From Flectonema sp. DT1601 (lineage: Eukaryota), in contig OZ025788.1 in the NCBI GenBank assembly GCA_964019425.1, forward strand, positions 62,001 to 126,000: DNA of 64,000 nt, in the 5' to 3' direction. This document shows, in pieces, positions 22,674-33,671 of this stretch. The translations under genes were made by a program, and so were the position numbers. The number at the start of each line of letters is the position of its first letter. Within the stretch, counting starts at the first letter, position 1. The notes under the pieces were generated by a model. It was given only the letters and a program-made list of their open reading frames with translations. It searched no databases and was not told the origin of the DNA.

Positions 22674-22939
22674 ATTTAAATGTAAATGTAACCTGATGTT
22701 ATGGAGTTAACTTTTGATACCATGATTAAATATAAAGTAATTTGAAAACTGGCTAAAACGAATACAGAACCTGGTTGTTAACATGATCAAGGATCCCCTT
22801 AATAACATAAACATCAATCAACGATACAAGTCCGTAGAGTGTAAGAAGGTGTAGTTGTGACGAATTCCTCACCTGATTTAAATGTAAATGTAACCTGATG
22901 TTATGGAGATAACTTTTGATACCATGATTAAATATAAAG
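22674..22939. repeat. 64-bp direct duplication (22674-22737 and 22876-22939)
   Basis: atttaaatgtaaatgtaacctgatgttatggagWtaacttttgataccatgattaaatataaag occurs twice with one mismatch. Confidence 0.9.
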
Positions 22940-23044
22940 CAACTTAACAACAGTTGGAATCGATAACATCCATAAAATTTTCTTATTTATTCTTTTTTAT
23001 TTATTTTTCCAAACAATTACAATTAGTGATGTTCGTGTAAATGA

Positions 23045-23078
<34 letters not shown>

Positions 23079-23204
23079 TAATAATTAGTAAAAACGCTCA
23101 GCTAATTGATTTAAATGAAAATAAAAAAGAATTAACCGTAAGGGAAATTGTTAATCAGCTTTCACCTAATTCTGACATCACCTCTGTGAGTCATCTTCTA
23201 TGGA

Positions 23205-24638
23205 TTAAGGATCAAAGGAAGGGCAACCAGAAATTGCTGCCACCGATGGAAATTTCCTTCGCCTGCCATGTTCGTTTTTCATTATATTATTGCTAAGTAC
23301 CGGAGGACAAGTCAAATCTTCGATTTTGTTAACCAACCCCTGGGATGACAAATTACAAACTATCAACTCCGCAGGCGAAGAGATCAGCTCATGTGACTTC
23401 AGAGGGGTGAGTAGATGCTCAGGTGGATCTGTAAACACTTGTTGAGGATTTGGATATTTTTTTATCAGAGTGTCGTACTCCATAATCGCGTGGTTTATTT
23501 CTGTTAAGCAGTTTGAGTTAACGGAATCCAGCAACTGGTTCACATTATGAAAATAACTCAAAGCATCACTGTTCTCAGTAAATCTAGTATGAGCGTTGTT
23601 TACTAAGTTTTCTGTTTTCGATGATTCCGATTGTGTAGCAGTCAGACAGTCTTCTTCCATTATCGAAACTTTTCGTTTTGCTTCAAGAGCAGCTTCTTTA
23701 ATGTTTTCGATTAAAAGATTAGATTTTCGTTCGATTGTTGAATGGAGGTATTCAGTTCTGGAGATGCAGTCGGATCGAATTTTGTGAAGTCGTCCTTCAC
23801 AACGCCTTCCGTGTTTTAGGATATCTGATGCGTTCTGTGTTCGTTTTTGTAACTCGTCATAGCATGAATGAAATTTATCAATAATTTCATAACCACCTTC
23901 TCTGTTTAGTACAGGCTTACTTAACGGTGGTGTCTGACAACGATTCCTTCCCAACGTAATTATAAATTTAGGTTTAACTCTTTGAGGGTTTCGAACAAAC
24001 AAACAAGGTAATAATTTTCCTTGACACAAATAGTCATCAATAAATAAAGCTGAATCCCTTGTTAGTTTTTGACCACTTCCGCAAACAGGAATACCCTGAA
24101 CGCTACATAACAGTAACTTAAGTCCATTGTTAGTACACAGCAAAGGATCTAGAGTCTGGTCTCTTGTTGAGAGTAGGTTAACAAATGGAAGATACACACC
24201 AATCCCAGCAGGTCCGGAGACTGTTGGGATTCCTGTTGTGATATGTGAATGACATTCATCTGAGGTCCCTCCGATGAATTTATATGCCGACTCAAATCCA
24301 TGTTGCTCCTCAATTAGATTACTGGTCTCGTTGGAATAAATAATCTGCTCAACAGACAAGACGTTGTAGTAGTATCCGTTACTTTCAGTTTTAATGTAAC
24401 GAAAAACATAATGTTCCATCTCCTTCCAAAGAGGTGTTTGATTCCCCAACGTCATCGTCGTGTATGATTTATGTAATTTCATAATCGGTTTTTCTTTTGA
24501 GATTGTTGTTTCTCTCATTTTATATTTTGTTGGTCTTCCTCTTCGGTTGTGTCTTGCTTGATATTTTGACTCGACATTCGCATCTGCGTGCGTAACAAGT
24601 CCTGTAAAGGAGGTGCAAGAAGCTCCCCAACCAACCAT
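23205..24638 (-). CDS. Hypothetical protein with a C-terminal coiled coil
   Basis: ORF of 477 aa, co-oriented. A 5'UTR intron is possible at 24665-24848. Confidence 0.7.
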   Translation of the reverse strand: MVGWGASCTSFTGLVTHADANVESKYQARHNRRGRPTKYKMRETTISKEKPIMKLHKSYTTMTLGNQTPLWKEMEHYVFRYIKTESNGYYYNVLSVEQIIYSNETSNLIEEQHGFESAYKFIGGTSDECHSHITTGIPTVSGPAGIGVYLPFVNLLSTRDQTLDPLLCTNNGLKLLLCSVQGIPVCGSGQKLTRDSALFIDDYLCQGKLLPCLFVRNPQRVKPKFIITLGRNRCQTPPLSKPVLNREGGYEIIDKFHSCYDELQKRTQNASDILKHGRRCEGRLHKIRSDCISRTEYLHSTIERKSNLLIENIKEAALEAKRKVSIMEEDCLTATQSESSKTENLVNNAHTRFTENSDALSYFHNVNQLLDSVNSNCLTEINHAIMEYDTLIKKYPNPQQVFTDPPEHLLTPLKSHELISSPAELIVCNLSSQGLVNKIEDLTCPPVLSNNIMKNEHGRRRKFPSVAAISGCPSFDP

Positions 24639-24974
24639 TTTATTTTGTTGTAAAGGATTATTATCTGTTTTTTTTGATAAAAAAATGTTTCAAGTTGAAG
24701 CTGAAATATATTGACTAGTTGGCGACTTGAAATTGAAGGCCGCAACGTTCCTCATCGTGTTTGTCCTTTCTTCCTGTCAGATATAAAAAAAAACTAAGAA
24801 TAATTTAAGAAAACGAAAGAAGAAAAAAACATAACGTGCAATCCGTACCTGGTACACTTCTGTAAGACTGAAGTGTCACAACAAAAACATATTATTGAAG
24901 TGGAAAAGGGAAAAAAAAACAGAACCAAAAAAAAAATTAATAAAAAAGTCCATTTAGCGCGAAAAGGTTTTCTA

Positions 24975-25643
24975 CTACTGTTTTAAACCTTTCCTGCAAA
25001 TGGGACATTTCTTACTCTCAGCAGCCCATCTCTGAATGCAATAAGGGTGAAAGACATCGCCGCAATCTAACGCTATTACTGACTCTCCGATATTAATATT
25101 CTGTAAGCAGACATAACATGGATGAGAAGAAGTTGAATTTGATGATTGAAGTGACGATATTAATGTTTTTGAACAAGAACGGAGTTCCTTAACGCTGTTC
25201 TGTTCATCAAGTTGGAGTAGTAATTCGTAGTCGTCTTCAGTGAAGTTGCCATCACGGGCTTCAAGTGATGGAATAGGAGAAGCTGTTACCCCACCTGAGC
25301 CGTCGTTAACGTTGATGGTGTCGGAGCTCATGAATTCCTTCAGAGCTCGAATGACGCCTGAATCAGGTCCCTCTCCGTCATGAAGTTCCAGATACCCGTC
25401 ACCTGTGTCTTTAAATCCTAATAAATCCATTATTGACATCCCAAAATCAAACAATCCAACATCCGATAAGAATTTCTTATTCCCCTTTCTAACTTTTCTA
25501 TATTTCGCTTCCACTGTTCCAGTCGCATTAGTCGCCAACAGCAATATCGTTTTTAAGGCTTGCAGAGTAGCAGCATCGGTTGAAGCTTCTTCTCTAAGGC
25601 TGTTCATTAAGACCAGCGACTGCATTGCTGTGTGAGCCGACAT
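24975..25643 (-). CDS. PUB domain plus RING-H2 E3 ligase
   Basis: PUB motif KYRKVRKGNKKF..LLGF, then DYELLLQLDE and RING-H2 CYVC..C.DVFHPYCIQRW..CPICR. Confidence 0.9.
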   Translation of the reverse strand: MSAHTAMQSLVLMNSLREEASTDAATLQALKTILLLATNATGTVEAKYRKVRKGNKKFLSDVGLFDFGMSIMDLLGFKDTGDGYLELHDGEGPDSGVIRALKEFMSSDTINVNDGSGGVTASPIPSLEARDGNFTEDDYELLLQLDEQNSVKELRSCSKTLISSLQSSNSTSSHPCYVCLQNINIGESVIALDCGDVFHPYCIQRWAAESKKCPICRKGLKQ

Positions 25644-25944
25644 CTTTATTGTGGTACTGAAATAATAAAAATGTAAAAAATAATAAATAAAAACACACAG
25701 TGCTGCAATCAATTACTCAGAGGTAATTAGTATCCCACTTGAGGAATGTACTACGAACCGCTCTGGGGAAAAGAATGAAAAAAAAAAAACCCGCTTTTTT
25801 TTTTTTTTTTTTTTTTTTTTTCTTGTTTTCTTGTTGGGCGAATATAAAAAAAATAAAAAAAAAAGGCTTGGAATGTTGTTTAGAAAAAAAAAAAAAAAAA
25901 AAAGAAATCACATCCCCACCGTCTGTGTGGATAATATCTATGCA

Positions 25945-26044
25945 GTGTTTGTGCACAGAACCCCCCGTGAACCGACTTAAACTGACAAAGCCAAAGGAGG
26001 TTTACATGTGCTGCCCAACATTCTTTTTCGCTCTTACAATACTT
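25945..26044. repeat. Dispersed repeat family C, copy 1
   Basis: Shares gtgtttgtgcac..cgacttaaactgaYaaagcYaaaggaggtttacRtgtgctgcc with 32194-32280. Confidence 0.75.
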
Positions 26045-26241
26045 CATTAAAAAACAGACTTTTATTATTATTTTTTTATACAAAAGTAGTTTTCGTACAC
26101 CAGGTTCACTGACTGTTTTCAAATACGGCAATACGTAAATACTAATCGACGTCCGATGACAAAATTTGTAATATGAGATACTTGTCATCACGTAAACTAT
26201 TCACAATTATTCAATCTGTACAGTAATTAAACTGGTTATTG

Positions 26242-27569
26242 TTATGTTACACAAACATGAATCGATGATAAAGTGCTGCATAAAGTCTTTCTAGTTTCAG
26301 AGTTTATTATATTAATTCCTTTTATTTCAATAATTCCAGTTCCGACTGCGACAAGTCGGAGTTTCAGAGGAACGTGCTCTCCGGGTGAGACGGTTCCTAA
26401 TTCAAAGCAAGAAGGTCCAGTGAAGACAATTGGGTACATCTTCTCTGGATCTAGATTAACAGAAACTGATAATGGTGTCTTCTCATGCCAATTATTAACC
26501 AATGAAGCGTTAAGATAAAATGGTTGATTCACTGAAACGTTATTTGGAAGAGAGAGGTTTGAGACTTCGATGGGTTGGGTATCAACTCCTCGTTGTTGAA
26601 TGTCAGTCGATTCTAATCGACCTCTCTCACCCATTCGACCTTTCCAAGTTATTTCAAGTCTACCGAGAGAGGTGTCTCTCTTTCCTTCACGAGGTGTTAA
26701 TCTGAATAGGTATCTCCATATCTCACTTCGACACATCGTTTTCTGCCATACTTCTCCCCAATCATTAGGTGCCTCTTCCAACTTATAACTCGCAGAAGTA
26801 CAAAAGTTTATATTAACCAACAAGGCACTTTTCGCCGTATTCTTAATCTCAACGTATATCATAACGTGGTCAGAGATGGTCCAAATTCGAACGTTATTGA
26901 TGTGAACTGTGTGTCCGACAGGGAATTTAAAAACTTTTCTAAAAGTCTTTGTTTCATTATAATCTTGATAAGAAACGTAACACATAAGAGTATGATTCCC
27001 CTCATCCTGAAGGGAGTACTCGACTATCCTATCACTATGAGTTCTCGGAGCAAGTGACATCGACGTATTTAGTAAATCAACTCTCTTCTGTGTGAGAAGT
27101 TCAACTTTTAACGATACGTTGTGAAGCTCAACATCTCTTACGTTGTGTAAACTAACACAGATCCTAAAGACCTCACCCATATGGATTTCACCCATGGCTG
27201 CTGGTACTAAAAGTTCAGTTCTCGGAACGTCATCTACAGATGAAGATCCACAGAATAGACTATGACATATATCACCTTCTTCTGTGTAAATTGAGTTATC
27301 GACCTTTACTTCTGGTCTTAGTAATCTCATTACCTGTTTTGTTAATGATATAATTACCCGTTACAGTCATGGTAGTACATTACACTAATGAAAGCGTCGG
27401 TTCTTTGTTTCGGTCAACTGCATCCACCACATTCCCTACAGGAAAAAGAAGAAAACCATACCTTTAATTCAATACCGCTTCCCGTGGGAGCTTTCAGAGC
27501 AACACCACCAGGTTGATGTTGATGTTGATGGTGGCCACCTGTCTGTGAAAGTGACGGAGGAGCAGCCAT
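26242..27569 (-). CDS. TRAPPC13: Trafficking protein particle complex subunit 13; exons 27569-27476, 27435-27386, 27333-26242
   Basis: Motifs VMRLLRP, LLVP..MGEIHMGEVF, GNHTLMCYVSY, FRKVFKFPV and LGRLEITWKGRMGERGRL. Two phase-consistent GT-AG introns extend the ORF to MAAPPS. Confidence 0.9.
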
Positions 27570-27901
27570 GTTTTTTTTTTTTTTTTTTTTTTTCCTTTTT
27601 TGTGGTATCTATGGAGGGGAATTGAGGAAAACTAAAAGAACTGATACGCGTCACATTGTTCCGACAGACTGTCACTACTGGAGATCCCCTGACCATGTTA
27701 CTGTATAGCAGAAGGGTGAATAACATAATTAAGTTGATTCTATTCTTCCAAAACATATCAACTGATGTGGAATTCTACAGCACCGTACACAAACACAATA
27801 ACAATATAAAAAAGAAAAAAAAAAAGAGAAGTGTAAATTGAAAAAGAACATCATCGACCTTGTAAAAGATAAATAATATAAAAAGAGGGATAGCAATGGT
27901 T

Positions 27902-30900
27902 TTAAAATATCGGAGGGGTCTTTGGGATGCCAATATGAGATTGAAGTATCTCTTCTGGTGTTGTCTGCACGTATCTAATTATGGCATCTCTGGCCTCCTT
28001 AGCTGTTGGACGATCCTGAGGATTGCGAGATAGACAAGGAGCGAGTACAGATTCCCAGAAATCTTGGGGACAACTCGGTGGTTTTGGAAGTCGGAGTACT
28101 CCCTGAGCAATACGAGTTAACCGTCCTATGAGAGGAATACTCTTCGACGGTGTCGTAAATGGAATCCACTTCCCACGAGACACAATCTCCCAAAGAGTAA
28201 CACCTAAACAATAAACATCCTGCGGGTACTTGAACGTGTCATACAACCGACGCTCAAACTCCGCATGTCTCAGGGTTAAGATTACCTCAGGGGGCCACCA
28301 CAATGCTGGTGACAGGGCGTAGCATTCTGTCTGGGCTCGGAGAACGCTGTGAGTTGAGGTGTCAAATTTCAATCCCAAATCAGAGAGAATAACCGACACG
28401 GGATGCTCGTCGTCGACCCTCTCTGAACCAACAAGAAGCGATCGAAGAGCAATATTTCTGTGAGTCACACAAGTCTTCTCACTGTGGAGTTGGACGATCG
28501 TGTTGACCAATTGCAAAGCGATGTCGATGTAGATTTTAATTGAAAAATTAACTGAATTCCAAAGCCATTTACACAACGTACTCTTCACCATCTTTTGAAT
28601 AAAATACAACTGCTGTCCTGACTGTGTCCAACCAATTGGATTCATCATTCCCTTTACACGTTTTAATTGAATGGCTCCAGCGCGATCAATCATTTCTTTA
28701 GTGTTGCTGAGACTGTTTAATGGCTTCACTAGTACTGTTCTATTCTTTATTTGACATACTAATCCACTGTGCATGTAATAAAAAGGAGGATGAGGTAGTG
28801 CAGGAGGATTGTGTTCCCCCCAGCTAGGATCTAGATAAACCCAAGCAGGGACGTCGCGTTCTATTCTGCCGTTTGCCTTGATCGATTCCCACGGAACGAA
28901 AATCGTTTCCTCGTTCTTTTTCCTCCGAAGTTTCAACGCCCGAAGCTTTCGAACAATAGCTCTGGCATCAACTGGTTCTCCGTAATCAGTGTGGTGTCCC
29001 TGATCTGATGTGTAAGCTGCTCCTTCACGAACCATAATATCTCTGTCTAGAGGTATCGATAGACCACTAATCAATCTTTTACAATCATTGAAATCTATAT
29101 GAGATCTCTCCGCCTGCACTGATGCTAAAGTCATATTTAACTTATGCTCTACTTGAATGGCGAGGTTTTCATGTTCTCGTACTGTCACCGATAATCTATC
29201 AGTGAGTTGTCTTACTCTCTTTTGAGAGAGAGGTTTAGATATCAATTGTGTTGGTAGATTAGATGGAGGTTGTTGTTGTTTTTCAATTGCTTTTTTAGTT
29301 CGTTCTAAAAACGATGTCATTTTAAGGAATTTTGGTTCTCTTCTGGGAATGTAATGCTGGGCTAGGGCGTCTCCGACAATGTAGTTTGGATGGGCAATCG
29401 ATCTTTTTTCGAAATCAGGTTTCACGTGTGCTGACGATAGCCTCTGAGTGCTGCTTTCGATTTCCTTTGCTGTCAGTTTTAAGACTGCCGAATGCTCTGT
29501 TGTCGAATCGTTTTGTAGTTTTTTTTGTTTTTCTTTTTGAAAATTTTCACGTAATCTTTGACTTTTATTCAGTCTTTTCATTTTTATTTTTTTTGGTGGT
29601 TGCCTTTCAACGTCAATATTGTTAACCTCGTCATCTAACATGGCGCGATATTCTCTAAGTTCATTTGCTCTTCTCTTTTCAACACTCTGTTTTATTTCAT
29701 TAAACTTAGCCGTATTGATATTTCGAAGCCGTTGTCGATAACAGTACGAGTTACGTGATGAGATTGTTTGTCTCATCGCTATCTTGTCTGCAATCATTAA
29801 ATTTCGATCATCTCTCCGTCTACAATGAGTTGCTTCTCTAGAAGACAATCCTATTTTCATTCTGTCTCTGTGATTAATTATAGAGAAGTTGGTTCTTGGA
29901 ACCATCAAAGCAGTGGCTGTGCTTGGTCTTCGTGGTTCAAAACTCTGACTTGGTGAAAAGAATTCAATCGTACTTCCCAAAACTAACGATCTTTCATTCA
30001 TCCGCTCACGTAGAGCTGCCAACATTCTAGTCATGTGACTTGCTTCAGCTGGACCTTTTCCTTTTATTATATTACTTTTATATGTGTGATCAGATGGTGC
30101 TGTCGGCGGTGTTAATTCTTTATTTGATTGAGAAGCAAGTTCATCGACGGGAACTTCACATAAAGATGGAAACGTTTCATTGGATTGATTTGAGTTGTTT
30201 GAAAGAGTTTGTAAAGCAGCTGCGGAAACTTTAATTTTTTCGATGGTACTCCGATTTAAGAATTCAACAAACTTACTTTGAATCCCTCCATCATCCTCAA
30301 TGAATATTTTTGATAAAATCCACCAGACGACATCATCAGATTCAGAATCTGAAATAATTGAATCAACCGCCGAGTACAACTGAACACCTCCATGTCGTAA
30401 TAATCCTTTAATAAAACACATTGTAGAACGACACTCTTTTATAAACGATGATTGTTTTGATAGTATTTTAATAACTTTTATAATATGAGACTCCGTGTCT
30501 GGATACACCAACTGCGATAACGTCTCTGGTACAATAATCGGTTTTGAATTTATGAGTGAAATGAATGCATTGATGACTTCTGAACTACCAAATCTAACAA
30601 TTTGAATAAAAGATGAAAATGAACTATCATCAAGAGCTGTTAAGAAGATTCGACCAACTGATGACCTGCTGCAATTATTTATCGTCGGTTTTAAGATTGA
30701 CTCCAACTCCGGATCTTGTGATCTTATCATGTCTGAAAGCATTTTTTGAGTTCCAGAGTTCCCAATAAAACTATTTTCAAAAACAGAAATATTTCCACTT
30801 TCGATTATTTTAATTAAAAGTTTTCTCGAACCTCCACTGTCTCCGACAATCGATACTAATAAATCTGATAGAATTGAAGTTTCTTTAGAACACGCCAGGA

Positions 30901-31231
30901 CTCGATGTTGAACATTAATTTGAAATCCTTGTACTAACCACTCAACAGCATTGATATGTATAGTTCGGTAGAGATCTTTAATACAATTTTTTAAAGTATT
31001 TTTCATTGCATCATATCCCCTCTTGTAAACGTTCGACGGATCTTTTCTGCAATACTGTTCAAATAACAAGATGACACAAAAATTTACAACTCGTTTTCGA
31101 CTGGTTTCATTTCTTATGATGTCTTGTTGATTTTGTTTTATTTTCTCAATGCATTTTAATAGATACGTTTGATCATCTGTGACTACTGGTAGGAGTGCTT
31201 TTAGTAATTCGTGTGAAGACTCTTCTTTCAT
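27902..31231 (-). CDS. Large protein with a C-terminal tyrosine-kinase-like pseudokinase domain
   Basis: Motifs THRNIALRSLLV, LSDLGL, WWPPE, DVYCLGVTLWEI, RLPKPPSCP and C....PQDRPT. Confidence 0.8.
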   Translation of the reverse strand: MKEESSHELLKALLPVVTDDQTYLLKCIEKIKQNQQDIIRNETSRKRVVNFCVILLFEQYCRKDPSNVYKRGYDAMKNTLKNCIKDLYRTIHINAVEWLVQGFQINVQHRVLACSKETSILSDLLVSIVGDSGGSRKLLIKIIESGNISVFENSFIGNSGTQKMLSDMIRSQDPELESILKPTINNCSRSSVGRIFLTALDDSSFSSFIQIVRFGSSEVINAFISLINSKPIIVPETLSQLVYPDTESHIIKVIKILSKQSSFIKECRSTMCFIKGLLRHGGVQLYSAVDSIISDSESDDVVWWILSKIFIEDDGGIQSKFVEFLNRSTIEKIKVSAAALQTLSNNSNQSNETFPSLCEVPVDELASQSNKELTPPTAPSDHTYKSNIIKGKGPAEASHMTRMLAALRERMNERSLVLGSTIEFFSPSQSFEPRRPSTATALMVPRTNFSIINHRDRMKIGLSSREATHCRRRDDRNLMIADKIAMRQTISSRNSYCYRQRLRNINTAKFNEIKQSVEKRRANELREYRAMLDDEVNNIDVERQPPKKIKMKRLNKSQRLRENFQKEKQKKLQNDSTTEHSAVLKLTAKEIESSTQRLSSAHVKPDFEKRSIAHPNYIVGDALAQHYIPRREPKFLKMTSFLERTKKAIEKQQQPPSNLPTQLISKPLSQKRVRQLTDRLSVTVREHENLAIQVEHKLNMTLASVQAERSHIDFNDCKRLISGLSIPLDRDIMVREGAAYTSDQGHHTDYGEPVDARAIVRKLRALKLRRKKNEETIFVPWESIKANGRIERDVPAWVYLDPSWGEHNPPALPHPPFYYMHSGLVCQIKNRTVLVKPLNSLSNTKEMIDRAGAIQLKRVKGMMNPIGWTQSGQQLYFIQKMVKSTLCKWLWNSVNFSIKIYIDIALQLVNTIVQLHSEKTCVTHRNIALRSLLVGSERVDDEHPVSVILSDLGLKFDTSTHSVLRAQTECYALSPALWWPPEVILTLRHAEFERRLYDTFKYPQDVYCLGVTLWEIVSRGKWIPFTTPSKSIPLIGRLTRIAQGVLRLPKPPSCPQDFWESVLAPCLSRNPQDRPTAKEARDAIIRYVQTTPEEILQSHIGIPKTPPIF

Positions 31232-31415
31232 TTTTTATTTAAAAAAAAAACCTTTTTTGAAGAAGAAGAAGAAGAGTAAATATAATACTAACCAATCAAA
31301 CATAAAAAGAACAACCAAGGCCACTACGGGTGATATTCTGAAGGATAAATAATTTTATATTTAAATTTTTTTTTTTTTAAAAAAAATAAATAAATAACGA
31401 CTAGTGTGAAGTGGT

Positions 31416-31892
31416 CTAATAACCCTCATTACTACAGGTAACGGTCACTCCAGGGATGCATTTGCGAGCTATTTCTGCTGAGCTTTCATGTTGTGGAGAA
31501 CCTCTCCATGGAAAGCCATAGCTAAATCCGTAGATCTTCATCGTGTTCTTTGATTTATTGTATTCAATACGACCTCCTCCCAGGATTTTATAATCGACAC
31601 CAAGTGAACGTAGTTGAGAAACAGTCGATGCTGCAGCATCTTTGTGATATTCAGCGTATGTATTACCTCTAACTAATAAATTATTACCTACTTGGATCAG
31701 AACATATTTTTGAGTACCATCATCAATCTCAATACCAGGTAAGTCACAACCACCATCACTACCTCCACCTTCCCGCATCGCTGCTGCTTCTCTTCTCTCT
31801 GCTTCTGTTGTTGTTGAGGTGCTCATATTTCTTCTCACTGCTGACGGAACAACCGACTTTCTTACTAACCTGTAAAGTAGGGTACGAAACAT
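31416..31892 (-). CDS. PHPT1: 14-kDa phosphohistidine phosphatase (Janus/Ocnus family)
   Basis: Motifs IDDGTQKYVLI, VRG..AEYH, LGGGRI, IYGFSYGF and SNEGY C-terminus. The N-terminal extension looks like a presequence. Confidence 0.9.
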   Translation of the reverse strand: MFRTLLYRLVRKSVVPSAVRRNMSTSTTTEAERREAAAMREGGGSDGGCDLPGIEIDDGTQKYVLIQVGNNLLVRGNTYAEYHKDAAASTVSQLRSLGVDYKILGGGRIEYNKSKNTMKIYGFSYGFPWRGSPQHESSAEIARKCIPGVTVTCSNEGY

Positions 31893-32193
31893 TAGCAACA
31901 CTTTCCTGAAAGAACTGAAAATTTAAAAAGAAATCGGAACAAAACAGAGAGGTGTTTTTATTTTTTTTTTTCCTATTCGCAGAGTCTGATAATAAGTTAG
32001 TTTTTATCAAATGAGGTTTAGTTTTTATTGAGGTACTAATCAGTAAAATGAAAAGTAAAAAGAACTGGTCCCGACCCTTGAATTGTAAACAAAGCTGTTA
32101 AAGAGAAGTAAGAACTACACACGCGACTGTTATAAGTTTTTATCACAATAATCCAACTAAGGAAAGCGATTCGAATCGCAGATAGGGCTAGGG

Positions 32194-32280
32194 GTGTTTG
32201 TGCACGAAACACGGGAATCGACTTAAACTGATAAAGCTAAAGGAGGTTTACGTGTGCTGCCAAACATGCTTACGATACTT
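32194..32280. repeat. Dispersed repeat family C, copy 2
   Basis: Homologous to 25945-26044 and in the same orientation. Confidence 0.75.
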
Positions 32281-32317
32281 GTTAAATGCAAAAAAATACA
32301 ATTATAATAAAACCAGC

Positions 32318-33520
32318 CTAACGAGAAAACCGTTCTTCTAGTTGAGTGGAATGCCTCCACCAGACTTTTGTAAATTCCTTCACAGCAACCTGATCGATGT
32401 CGTCGTTATTTGAATTCTCTTTAATAAGTGAATCAACAAACATTGTATAGTCAGAGAAGACGCGGAACATACGAGGACCAGGACGAGTTCTTTTAAGAAG
32501 AGATGACGTCTGCTGTTCTAGTTGACGTAAAGTGTTCTTTGACCATTCGATGTATTCATCTTGAGAATCAGTCTCTGAGATTGAAAACTTTAAAAGTGAA
32601 TCTGAAATATTTCTCAACAATGAAGGAAGTGCAACTACTGCTAACCAATCTTTAGGAATAGAATCAATTCCGTAATGAGCTCCCGCAAGTTGGCCATAAA
32701 TCGCTGCGACTGTATCAGCGTCGTCACCTAAGTTAACAGCAAGCAACGCTCCTTCTTCAAAGCTTTCGGTTCTGTAAAAACACCATAAGGCTGCTTCGAC
32801 TGACTTTACGACCCATCCACTCGATTGTATCTCGTCACGTGTCTTGGTAATGTAACTCTTTTCAATAAATATTTCTGACAGGGTCTCTCTCAGGGAATAC
32901 TCCGAAGGAAGTTTTTCATAGCAAGAAAGAATTTGATTTTTTGTATCACCTCTAAGAGCTGATTCAATCATAAGAGAATAAAGAACTACAGCAGTAGTGG
33001 AATCTATTCCCCCGTGGGTAGTCTTTGCAGCCAACGCAGAGTTTTGAATAAGTTTATCGCTATCTCTGAAGGCAAGAGGGACAGCAAAACACCGCATTAA
33101 GGCCCCGTTACCATTTGCTTCTTCTGTTTCTGGTCCAAATAGTTTTCCAGGTACGGATATTTTTGTTCCATCGTTAGTTGATTTCCTCCACATTCCAATT
33201 GCTTTAACAGTGCATTTACCAATATCAAAACACTCTCCTGTTGAGGATAAGTGGCCTTCATCATACCAGTGAATGTATCTTTTGTATTGATCGTCTGTGT
33301 CTAAGGTTTTTGTTTCTATAATTGACTCTGCGATGCATAATCCCATTGAAGTGTCATCAGTCCATTCTCCAGCGTGTAGTCCCAGTTTACCTCCTCCTCT
33401 CATTGTTGTGATTTCATCGAATCCTCCTCGGGGGATAAACTCCGCAGGTGTTCCTAAAGAGTCGCATGTTGCGCATCCAAATACACATCCGCGATAACGA
33501 TCTGATATGGAGATGGACAT
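32318..33520 (-). CDS. ADP-ribosylglycohydrolase (ARH/DraG family)
   Basis: Motifs DSLGTPAEF, GEWTDDTSM, CFDIG, GNGALMR, TTHG and AVNLGDDADTVAAIYGQLAGA. Confidence 0.95.
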   Translation of the reverse strand: MSISISDRYRGCVFGCATCDSLGTPAEFIPRGGFDEITTMRGGGKLGLHAGEWTDDTSMGLCIAESIIETKTLDTDDQYKRYIHWYDEGHLSSTGECFDIGKCTVKAIGMWRKSTNDGTKISVPGKLFGPETEEANGNGALMRCFAVPLAFRDSDKLIQNSALAAKTTHGGIDSTTAVVLYSLMIESALRGDTKNQILSCYEKLPSEYSLRETLSEIFIEKSYITKTRDEIQSSGWVVKSVEAALWCFYRTESFEEGALLAVNLGDDADTVAAIYGQLAGAHYGIDSIPKDWLAVVALPSLLRNISDSLLKFSISETDSQDEYIEWSKNTLRQLEQQTSSLLKRTRPGPRMFRVFSDYTMFVDSLIKENSNNDDIDQVAVKEFTKVWWRHSTQLEERFSR

Positions 33521-33671
33521 GTGTTTTTTTTTTTTTTTTTTTTCTGAAGAAAAAAAAAGTATAATTTTTCTTATTCTCAAAAAGAAAATCTCATGAAAAC
33601 GATCTAAGTTTCGGTACTGTAAAGTACCGAAGGCAATGTAATCGTTTTTTTTTTTTTTATAAAAAACAAAA

